A stretch of DNA of 64,000 bases, taken from Blastocystis sp. Blastoise. Lineage: Eukaryota > Protista > Bigyra: Opalinata. The DNA lies in NCBI GenBank assembly GCA_039096225.1, contig JBBPEB010000013.1, positions 372,001 through 436,000 on the forward strand, read 5' to 3'. This document shows positions 12,995-29,775 of this stretch, piece by piece. A model generated the notes under the pieces. The model saw nothing but the letters and a program-made list of their open reading frames with translations. It was not told the origin of the DNA and made no database searches. Every line of letters begins with the position of its first letter. Position 1 is the stretch's first letter. Made by a program: the position numbers and the translations under genes.

Positions 12995-13078
12995 TTTAAA
13001 AATATGTCGTTTTTATGGTTTTTCTTTATATAATAGACAATTCATTGATTCTTTGTATATACGGAATAGATATTGATA

Positions 13079-15065
13079 ATGGATGTAGAAAATGAGCCTC
13101 AAGTATATTTCGTTGATATATCTCAAATTATTTCCACTTTAAAATATACTTGTTTTTTAGATTCGTGTCAAATTTGTCACAAAATTTGATAAATATCGTG
13201 TACCTGAAACTCCTATAGCTGTTCCACTTCGTTTTTCTCGTTATGGTTTATCTGAAGTTGTTAATCATCTTCTTGATTTAGCTACTCCTCAACCTTTTGA
13301 TTTTTTGATCAATGGAAAGTTTCTGAGAATTGTTTTATCTCAGTTTTTAGCAGAAAATGATCTTTCTTCTGAAAATGTGTTGAGTTTAGAATATATTCCT
13401 ATTATCAGTAAACCTGAAGAAAAATCAAGTGATTCTTTTCCTGATTGGATTAGTTCTATTAGTGTTCGAGATAACTATTATACTGTTGGTAGTTATGATG
13501 GATCTCTTACTCTTTTTAATAACAATGATGAACAATTATCTAAAGTTCGTCTTCATAAATTACCAATTAAATCCATTGCTTCCTGTGTGATCAATAATGT
13601 ATATATTTATATTGTTAATATTTTTGTTTTCGAGTATTTTTTAAATTTATATTATTATTATGTTTATTATATGTTTATTATATGTTTATTATTATTATGT
13701 TTATTATTATTATGTTTATTATTATGTTTATTATTATTATGTTTATTATTATGTTTTATTATATATTTATAGACTTTAGTTGGTATAACTGGATCTATTG
13801 ATAATCGTATAAAAATAGTAAAAGCTGAATTGAATGCAGAAAAACCATCTTTTAGTGTAGTCAATACTCTTGTAGGTCATAATGCTTCTCTTTCTACTGT
13901 TAGTATTAGTCCCAATAAGAAATTCTTTGCTTCTGGTGCTTGGAATGGTAGTTTGAATGTTTGGAATATAGAAACACAATTAAACGGAACAGATAAAGAA
14001 AAAGAAGTATATATATAGAGTTGTTTTTTTTTTTATATAGCATTTTATTTTAGTTATTATATACATTATTTATGTTTCCTAATTTCCTCTATATATGTAT
14101 ATATATATCTATAGAATCCTTTGAATACATTTACAGGTCATAATGAGAATATTTCATGTATATCTTGGATTGATAATAAATCCTTCTTATCTTCCTGTTG
14201 GGACCATACTATTCGTTCTTGGGATATGGAAACAGAAGGAGTTATTAATACTTATGTATATATAATTATATATAAAGATATTCCTATTATCCTATTATAG
14301 ATTATTGTTATAAATATATATGTAATCGTTTATATATATAAATTACAATAGGTAGTTATTTCATGTGTTTTTTTTTTGTTATAGTTAACCAATAAAGTAG
14401 TCACCTGTGTCCGTTACAATCCTCTTAACAGTCTTTTCATATCAGGTCATCCTGATGGTATTATCCGTCTTTTTGATAGTCGTGCTTCTAGTATATTATT
14501 CTATTTATTATTCTTATTTTATTTATTTTATTTATTATTTTTATTTTATTTATTATTTTATTTATTTTATTAAATTATAAAATATTTATATTAAATTATA
14601 AACTATTTATGAATACTATTATTCCCTTCATCATTTTATTCTTATAATTCCTTTCAATTCTAACATCTATATAAATATACCTATCTTCTCTACTATAACC
14701 TATAGATGGTACAATTATGAAGATGGCATTTAGTCAAAGTGGCTCTTGGACTACTAGTTTAGCTTGGAAACCAGATTCTGAATATATATTTGTATCAGGT
14801 TCTCAAGATCATAAAATACGTCTATGGGATATTCGTTCTTCTTATCCTACTTATATCTTAGATACCATACATACAGATAAAATATTTGATGTTCAATGGA
14901 AAGATAATAATACTATTCTTAGTGGTATCTATTTTGTCTATTAAATCTATCTTTTATATATATATACTATTTTATTTTTCATATAACATAATTATATAAA
15001 TATATACTTATACTCTATTTATAGGAGGTGCTGATAAGGAATTAAAGAGATCTGTTATTGCTTAA
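13079..15065 (+). CDS. WDR12: Ribosome biogenesis protein WDR12/Ytm1 (NLE domain + WD40), 7 exons
   Basis: RYGLSEVVNHLL..FDFLINGKFLR..ENVLSLEY, then DWISSI and WD repeats (GHNASLS, SGSQDHKIRLWDIRS, SGGADKEL). Stop at 15063-15065. Confidence 0.92.
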
Positions 15066-15547
15066 ATATAATTAGTTTCTTTTTTATATATTCTGTTTTC
15101 TTCTTTTTATTTGATGTTTTACTTTTTACTTAATGTTCTTAATTTTGTTTGTTCTCTCGAATCTCATGTTGCGTTGTCTAAGTATTATTTCTATCTGTTT
15201 CTAGTAGACAATTTTTTTATTTATTTCGATAATAATAATATTTATTTTTTTTAATTATTATTAACCATAAGATAGAGTATTCCCAAATATATTTAATCAC
15301 TAAAATCTTAATTAAAATGCCATTTTATGTTAAAATTATTCAAAAATAAAAATTTCAAATAATAATAATTGTGTTCATTCAAAAGAAAATATATTCATAA
15401 TCACGAATCTTCATGAAAATATTGATAAATAAACAAGATTACCGCGATTATCCATCTCTTAAGAACTTTATGGAAAAAACGAAAGGTTATAAAACGAAAG
15501 ACTGTTTCGATATATTTTATTTACTTTATTTTGATAGAAAAACAGTC

Positions 15548-15808
15548 ATGCCTGGAAAGGATGGTATCCAATTAGTTTGTTTTTGCTTTATAGATGTGTT
15601 ATAGGTGGTAAGAAAAAACCTTTGAAGGTTTCAAAGAAAGAAAAGGGACCCGTGTTACCTGTATGCTCTTTATTATCAATTTATTTCATTGTTAACTCTT
15701 TGTTTGACTTCTTTACATATATAGGAAGATGTTGAATTCCAAAAGAAACAAAAGGAAGAACAAGCTGCTCTTAAAGCTATGAGAGATAAGTTAACTAAAA
15801 AGAAGTAA
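15548..15808 (+). CDS. TMA7: Translation machinery-associated protein 7, 51 aa; exons 15548-15563, 15605-15660, 15725-15808
   Basis: Spliced product MPGKDGGKKKPLKVSKKEKGPVLPEDVEFQKKQKEEQAALKAMRDKLTKKK matches the GGKKKPLK..ED..F..KQKEEQ signature. Confidence 0.88.
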
Positions 15809-15983
15809 ATTGTTTGTATATGTACTCCTGTTAAATATATATTGACGTTTTGCTTGTTTATATGTAAAATGCTATTCTTTAATTTGTTTGTTTTAGTTAA
15901 AACAAGATTTTTTTATCATGTGCTAGACACTTATGAACTAATAAAGTAAAATGATTTCATAAATAAAAAAGAATAATTAAATA

Positions 15984-16176
15984 CAGTGCCTTCCCGACTT
16001 TTTGTGACACTTGCGGTGACTTTTTTTGACAGTCACATAAAGTCACTTTAAGTCAGACTTAATATGACTTAATATAATAATAAATATTTTTACACTGTCA
16101 AAAATTAACAAAAGTGTCACATTTTTCTGTGACAATTGCGGCACCGCAAAAAAAAAGGGCCTTTTGGAAGTCACTG
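15984..16176. mobile_element. 193-bp non-autonomous hAT-type MITE
   Basis: TIRs CAGTGCCTTCC / GGAAGTCACTG (10/11), perfect 8-bp TSD ATTAAATA (15976-15983, 16177-16184), and many GTGAC/GTCAC subterminal repeats. Confidence 0.88.
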
Positions 16177-16649
16177 ATTAAATAGTAATAAATAAAGTCA
16201 GAAAAATGATAAAAATGTATATATATTGTAAATTACCTGTTCATTCTATGTTTTATTAGAAAAAAAATATTTATTGTTGACAATATACTATCTTCTGTCA
16301 GAAAACGAAGTACTAATTTATTTTTAGAAATACAAGCCATAATGGAACATTTTTTGATTTATTAGTTTTTGTTTAAAAACACATTTCTCATTGGTCAGTG
16401 CATCCTACTATATTATTGTGTATTGAAAAAAATAATCTATCCAGTTATTGACTCAAATAGAAGAATACGGAAAGAAAGAAATACAGAAACTGTATATAGT
16501 ATGATAGTAAAAAATACGGTCTTAAACTAAGATAACCATGGGAAAAGACAAAAAAATGAGCAAATAAATTTGATCAAAAAAAAGAGTCCAAGTTTAATAA
16601 CTAGATTTCAGTTTATATTTTTTTAAAGTTTTTATATAAAAAGAAAAGA

Positions 16650-18661
<2,012 letters not shown>

Positions 18662-19362
18662 TACATTATTCTTTATTCTTTATATATTAATACTATCTAT
18701 ATTATATATTCGTATATATGTTCTCTTTATATCTATATTCAAATATTTATTGATTTATTTTTCTTATATTCAAAGTCAAATGCTATATAAATATATATAT
18801 CTTTCATAAATCATAAAAGTAGCTATTTATATTAATATTGTTTGTTTATATTGTTTCATATATTCAACAAATATATAAGTTACATGTTAACTTGTATATT
18901 TTATTATATATACTTTGCTATTCATATATATTTTTCATTCACTCAAATGATAATGTTTTTCTGTATATTCTTTAAAAGAATAATCATTAAATGTATTCAA
19001 AATGGCATTTTTAAAATGAAATTATAAATATTCATTCATAAGAACAACTGCCTCATAATAACAAAAAAAAAAACAATATAAATAATACATATACGAAATA
19101 AAAAAAGTCGTCATAACAAATAAAAATATATGTATCATATTGAATCATAAAAAAAAATGAATATAAGTTTACAAATATACTTTTAAAACAAAATATATTT
19201 ATATTTACAATAGAATAATAAGAAATCGTTAATAGAGAGTGAGAAATGTTGATATATAAACAAATATGAAAAACGAAAATATAGTTTTTATTATATATAT
19301 TACAAAGAAAATAGTAATGAAAAAGGATATTTATATATAAATATAAATATATATATATATAT

Positions 19363-20826
19363 TTATATGCCTTTTATAGCTTTAGCAAGATTTCCAAAGT
19401 TATTATTTGTGGATGTAACAATATCATTGCATTTACTTAATAAATATAATTCAATAAGAGTATCATAAGAAGCTTTTGTTGCTTGTTTTAACATTGAAGG
19501 AGTCACAGGATCTGTTGTAGAATTATAATATAATGTTCTTCCTGGATATTTATGTGAAATATCACGTTTTATTATATATGAATCAGATACAACTAACCTA
19601 TAGAAAACATAATAAATATTTATATAAAGTGTAGTTATTTATATGAATATAATATATATCATTATATATATATAATATAATTATATATATATAATATAAA
19701 TATACCATCGAACAGGTTGTTTTAATAATTTTTCTTTTGTTTCTGTTTCTTGAATAAGTTTAATAACTTCATTTTCAGTAATACTCTTAATAGAAACAGT
19801 TGAATCAATTGTATTTTCTGTTTGTATATGAAGACCTATATATTGAATTTTAGGGAAATAACTCCAAACACGAGTTACTAAATCTTTAATAGTTTGAGAA
19901 GGATAAAGAACAGAAGTTAAAAACCAATGTTGTATATATTGATCTAATTGCATATTCTTAGGAAGAGAAGAAGTAAATCCCATAAAATCAAATATTTCTT
20001 TTATATGTGGATTCTTCTGAAATAAAGATATATAATAATAATCAGCTTCTATAACAACATTTGTTGATGGCCATAATATATCTACAGGTTTTGTTGATAA
20101 ATCAGAAATAGAAGGAGAAGTGTAATGCACTTTTGTTGTTCTTCTTGAATCTAATTCTAAATATAGTATAATTATTATGATTATTTTGATTATAATTATG
20201 ATTATTATGATAATTATTATAATTATGATTTTATGATTATGATAATTATTAATAATAATAATAAATAACATATAATAATGATATATATAATGTTAAATAA
20301 ATAATATACTATTTGAATCAATAGAACGAACTTCAAAGGGAAAAGACATAAATTCAGAACTAGTAGCCCAATCACATACTATATTATTATTATATAGAAG
20401 AATAAATAAATGTATATAATATTTGACATATATATTATAAATATATAATTAATTTAAAATGTATACATAATAAAACAATAATATTTTAATAATTATTATA
20501 TATATATACTATAGAAAGCTCTATTTGTCATCATAGCCATAAACATAGTACTCATTATTCCAAAGTATATATTATCCCAATGAATTAAATGAGGTTTATA
20601 ACACATAATTCTTATAGGTACTGAACCACGTAATTGTAATTGTTGAGTCTCTTTATAATATTTAAAGAAATTATTCAGATTTTGTGGAGGAGGTATTTTA
20701 AATTTATGAAGAACATGCTCAGGATCTGTTTGTACTATCGGAAATAATGATGCAGCTATATTGTTATGTATTGTTTAAATTATATGTATAGAAAAATATT
20801 ATTAATTTTGTTTATGTATGTATTAT

Positions 20827-20925
<99 letters not shown>

Positions 20926-22182
20926 TATTATATACTTGGATTAGTAGTTTGTGGTTGACTGGCACTAGTAGAAGGAGTAGAAGGAGTAGAAGGAGTAGAA
21001 GGAGTAGAAGGAGTAGAAGGAGTAGAAAGAATATAAGGAGCAGGAGTCTCTATAGGAGGAGGAGGAAGAGAAGAAGAAGTATTTTCTATAGTCTCAGTAG
21101 TAGTACTAGTATTAGGATTAGCAGGTTGAGAGGGAGTAGTTTGTATATTATTTATTTCATTAGAAACACTAGATATACTAGGTACAGAAGGTACAGAAGG
21201 TAAAGAAGGAGTTGAAGGTATAGAAGGAGTAATAGGTACACTAGGTACAGAAGGAATACTAGGAGTCATAGGTACAGAAGGTACATTAGGTACATTAGGA
21301 GCATTAGGTACATTAGGAGCATTAGGTACAGAAGGATTAATAGGTACACTAGGAGCAATAGGTACATTAGAAACAGCAGGAGCAATAGGAGCAATAGGCA
21401 CACTAGGAGCAATAGGCACATTAGAAACAACAGGTACATTAGAAACAGCAGGTACAATAGGAACAGCAGGAGCAATAGGAACAGCAGGTATATTAGAAAC
21501 AGCAGGCACATTAGAAACAGCAGGTACATTAGAAACAGCAGGTACATTAGGAACAATGGAATTATTAATTTCATTATTAATTTCTTGATTATTAATAGGT
21601 TGTGTATTTACTATAGACGGTTGTTGTATATTAGTAGATATAGGAGTATTTGCTATTGGCTGAGATGATTGAATAGTATTACTTGATGCTACTGTTTCAG
21701 GAACAATTATTTCATTTTTAGGTTGAGTATCTTTTACTGGAGGAGGTATAGCAATGTTAATTTGTTTTTGTTCATTAGAAGGTACTGTTTGTTGATCATT
21801 TATAGTTGAAGAAGAAGATGAAGATGAAACACTCTTAAACAAATTATATTGTATATCTCTATTCATATGAAAATCCGATTTTAGATGAGCAGTAGCTTTT
21901 GTCACACGAACTATAAAAAATATATATACAATAAATATGTACATCTTAATAAGCATAAAACAAAATGCACAAGAATATGCACTTACGCATATATGGCTTA
22001 TTTGTGGTAACCATAGCTTTTTGAGTAACAAAATGATTAGCAAATTCATTCAAATAATCATTACTAGTTTCCCTTGATTCACTATCAGGAACAACATAGA
22101 ACATAATTCTCTTGTATTCAGTAAGCCAGAGCATGACAATACTTCCAACAATGATGATAATGAAATATTCAAGTCTAAACAT
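19363..22182 (-). CDS. Type II membrane fucosyltransferase-like protein (GT-B, GT11/GT23/GT37-like) with a Pro/Ser/Val-rich stalk
   Basis: N-terminal TM FIIIIVGSIVMLWL; (PAVSNV)n and (PST)n stalk; then AMMTNRAF, YIGLHIQT, WLVVSDS, TLIELYLLSKCNDIV..NFG motifs. Confidence 0.65.
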
Positions 22183-22727
22183 TTCAAAAAGTGATAATTA
22201 CAAAAGGAAATATGAAAATAAAATAAATCGTTAGAAAAAAAATTAATCACGATAAATGAAATAAAAGAAGTGATTCTTAGGAAAATAATAAGGAATAATT
22301 AGTTTTATGATTTACATACATTTATTTATGTTTAGCAAGTGTATTTTTTAGTAATTCATTTTTTAATGTTGTCAAAAATAGGTAATGTATCAGAATGGTT
22401 TAATTAATTTGGAAAAAAGGTGATGATTTGTAATTAGTGGAGCATTTTCTTTTATTTACCATTCATTATGTGTTGATATTATATGATAAAATTATCTCTT
22501 AAATACTCAATACTACTCATTGCCTTTCATAAACATATAATTCATGATAATGTATTTTTACGTTGTTATTCGATTTATTTTCATGATTTTGTAAATTAAA
22601 TCTTATTATTAATTATATTTTTATCATGAGTAAGAAATAAAAATGGATAAAATGAAAAAAAAACATAATTTTCATTTGAAATAAATAAGATTCTATGTAT
22701 GAAAAACTTATAATATAAATTTTATAA

Positions 22728-25806
<3,079 letters not shown>

Positions 25807-26073
25807 AATAAGAAATAATCACGTCAAAAAATAATTTCATATTTATTAATGTAATAAATACGATGAATCACAATAGTTTATGAATCAAAACAATAATTTT
25901 GAAAAATGAACATAATTACCCGCAAAAATAGAAAAAAATCATGAAAATATATTTAAAAAAAAAATGGAAAAATAAAAAGTGAAGAAAAATATAAATAAAA
26001 GAAGAAAATGAAATACATGATATGAGAATAGAATTTGTATATGTTATATAAGCAAGAAAATAGCAAAATAAAA

Positions 26074-28307
26074 TTAAAAATATTCAACATACTCTTCAGA
26101 AGATGGTTTAGGTTGTTTTTCTGATTGACTCATGATATTCTCTAATGAAGGATGTGGTTGTTCAATAACTTTTTCATTCTTCTTAGTTGTTAATACTTGA
26201 GAAAAGTCTGAAAGAATTCCAAATTTCTGTCTTTTTGCTTTTAGACGTCTTGATTTGATATCCATATATGGTGTTATATAGTCGATAGGAATAGGTTTTG
26301 TTGAAAAAGGAATAAAAGACGATTTATCTGATTTTTTTGATTGTTTTATTGGAGAAGAATCATTAGTGTGTTTCTCATTAGTTGGAGCATCAAGTAAAGT
26401 ATTATAGTTATTATGATTTTGAGATATTATAAGATTTGATGAATTCATTTCATTCTCTATTCCTATGTTTTTCTTTTGTTTTTCTATTTTACATATTGGA
26501 CATGGATTTATATCTATAAATAAATATATGATGAATTATTAGATATATTATATTATTATAATTATTATTAAATTATAATTATAAAAAAAATTATTATTAT
26601 TAAATAAATTATAATTATAATAATAATTATTAAATAAACTATAATTACAATAATAATTATTATTATAGTTATAACTATAGTTATTATTATAAACAATAAT
26701 AACAAAAAACATTAAAAATAATACCAAAATAATACCAAAATAATATATACATTTGTTTGAATTTTGGTTCATAATATCAATTCGAGCTTTCCAAATATGA
26801 TTTGGATTTTCTCGACATTTCCATATTAATGATTTTGTTTTTGTAGCAATCATTAATTCAGGAGGTATATAATGATTCTCAGGAATAGAATAATAAGGAA
26901 CAGTTGAAGGATAACGATAGGATAAATTATTTGTTGAACTTATCACATGATCCGAACAACAGGGACATTCTATAATAATATAATAATAATAATTATTATT
27001 TTTATCATCATTAATTATTTATAAATAATGAAAAAGAGTATATATAGTTATGAACTTATTTTAAGTTATTTAATACTAATAATAATCTATATATATATAT
27101 ATACCAAGATTAAGGGACATTGTAGCTAATGTAGATTGCCATACATGATCTGAATTTGAAGGACATTGAAACCAATAGTACTATAATTCAATAAATTATA
27201 TATATATATATATTATGAGTATAAGAAGATATTAGTAAAAAGAAATTCTTACAAATAATAATAATAATTTATATACATTTTTATATCCATATAATTGTTC
27301 AGTAAGAAGATTTAAGTTAACTTTTTGATTTAATGTAGGATGTAACCATGTTCGAAGCTCTAGTTTTGTAGAAATAGTCGAATTCTTCTCTTCTACAGAG
27401 CAATATGGGCATTCTAAACGATATATATTGATAATATTAAGAATATTAAGAATATATATATATATATATATATAATTCATTAATGAAGATCATCATAGTT
27501 ATTCTGAAATATATACATATTGAAATATATATATAATATATATTAGAACCATAAATATTAATTAATATAGATGAATATTATCATTAAAAAAAAAGATAAA
27601 ATATTATTTACTAATAATAATAAGTACTCTATATATATATACTAGAATTGAATTTAGGAGAGGATAGATCGAAAGGTGGTAATTTAATAAACCATGTATG
27701 AGATGGATTATTAGGACATGTTAACCAAACAGTATAGTTATTCCCTATAAGAACAGATTCAGGAGTATTCTCTTCATTTAAGCGTTTATCCCAAAAAGGA
27801 ATTAAATCTGGAAAAACACGAGAAAATTGTAAATTATATCGTTTCTCATTTATTTCACATTGAATACATTTCGCTAGATAGAATTAGAATATGATTTTAT
27901 ACAAAAGAAATATATTATCATTTAAATTTTTATTATAATAAAATAATAATAATTTATTAATAACTTAAATAATAATAAAACCATTACAAAATATACATAC
28001 GTGGATGATTATATCGTTTGTAATATCCTGCAAAATGTTCTATCGTATCTTTCCATCCATGTTCAGGTACTTTATTACACTTCCACCAAACTGGATAAGG
28101 ATAATCAATAGGAATTTCAAAAGCACTAAATCTGTTCTTTACAACGTGCAATTCTTTAGCTACATCTCTATTTAACCACCCTAAACTCCTTTCAATACTT
28201 GATTTCGATATATGTTTGAGTTCATTTTCATTTGTTTGTATTTTTTTCTGTGAATCCTCCATAATTAGTTCATTATCATCTATAAGCTTTATTGATTTTT
28301 GTTGCAT
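26074..28307 (-). CDS. Protein with four DUF4379-type (treble-clef zinc-ribbon) repeats
   Basis: Repeated WxC..H.W...CPxC units: VWWKCNKVPEHGW..CIQC, VWLTCPNNPSHTW..CPYC, YWFQCPSNSDHVW..CPCC, LIWKCRENPNHIW..CPIC. Confidence 0.75.
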
Positions 28308-28599
28308 TGTACTACAACATTTAAAGAAACAATAATGGAGACCTATAAAAAGTAATTTATATTTCAGGTAGATACTTACGTAATACAACTCTATATCGAG
28401 AGCTACTTCGTATCGTAGCAAGCATATAGGTGTATGTTTTATATTATCAGAGTTATATAAAAACAAAAAATGCTGAAAAAACAATTTCAGTTTATAAAAA
28501 TTTACTTAATTTTTTTCAGTTGATTTGACTTGTTTGAATTTCAAACACTATTCAGCCATTATTTAAAAATATTATTATTAGCCTCATTATATATTTAAA

Positions 28600-29775
28600 A
28601 TGCAGAATGATTCATTGAAAGTATGTCAACAACTCATTAAGTTTATGTTAGTAGATAATATCGTTAAAAGACAAGTATGAATTACAAGAACCAAACTTTA
28701 ATGAGCGTTTCTCCACATCTTTATCACCAGTATGATACAAATATTTCTATATAACTTTTTTAAATTTGCTTATATAGATTGATGATGAAGAAAACAAATC
28801 AAATTCTGTTGATTCTATTGTAATTCTTATTATTTACTTGTAAGTAATATTTAAATATATATATTAGGATCAAATCTATCGTCTCTTTGGTATTTCAACT
28901 TTTTATAATCCTTCACGAAATCATTTTTCTATACGATTTGATACCTGCTACAAAGGTATTATTTATAAAAGTCATATTTGTTTTTTATATTATTATATAA
29001 AATAATAATCATATAATTATATTATTATATAAAATATTCATTTTTAATTATATAAACTATTAATCATATAATTATATTATTATATAAACTATTAATTATA
29101 TAAAAATATAAATCTTATAAACAGGTCATTATTATGAAACATTTTATGTTTTCTTAAAGCCAAAAATGGATTCAAATTCCGATGAAATTCAAATAGTAGG
29201 TCATACATTACCACCTTTTATTCCAATTGAAGAATGGAGTAAACAACTTTCTCAATCTAATCTTAAAGTATAGATTCTATATATATTAGCTATTTTTTTA
29301 TACTTTATAACTATTACTATTTTTATATATAGTTATTTACAACAAATATTAATATTTATATAAACTCGTATATTATTCGAAGAGAACAATTAAAAGAAAT
29401 TAAAGATAATTCTTTATTTATCAAAGAAGTATACAATTAATATTCCATTATCACAATATTTATATTTTTATCTTTTAAAGCAATATATTCTATTGTCTTT
29501 AGGGTCTTCATATATATTCTAATCAATCTTTTTCTATTTCCATTATATCCTTCAATAATTGCTATATTACTTTATACTATGAATACAACTCAAGTCTTCC
29601 TACAACAATCAACTTTGGTGCATCCAATCAAATGAATGTTGAATTATCAGAATATATGAATCACAATACACAACCAAAAAATCAATTTACTGAAAGAATA
29701 TTTAATGAAAAAACTAAAGATTTGTTCTTGAAGAATTATTTGAACGAAGCTTTAATGTCTTTATATCAACAGTAA
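28600..29775 (+). CDS. CENPO: Centromere protein O / Mcm21 (CCAN subunit), 7 short exons, missed by the ORF track
   Basis: Spliced product contains IYRLFGISTF..IRFDTCYKGHYYETFYVFL..IVGHTLPPFIPIEEW..NSYIIRREQL, the CENP-O RWD signature. Confidence 0.82.

Noticed and set aside
15413-15604. 63-aa track ORF
   Set aside because: Read-through of upstream sequence, TMA7 exon 1 and intron 1. The real start is 15548.
15564-15604. TMA7 intron 1 (GTATCCAA) as U12-type
   Set aside because: Lacks TT at +7/+8 and a U12 branch; treated as an ordinary GT-AG intron.
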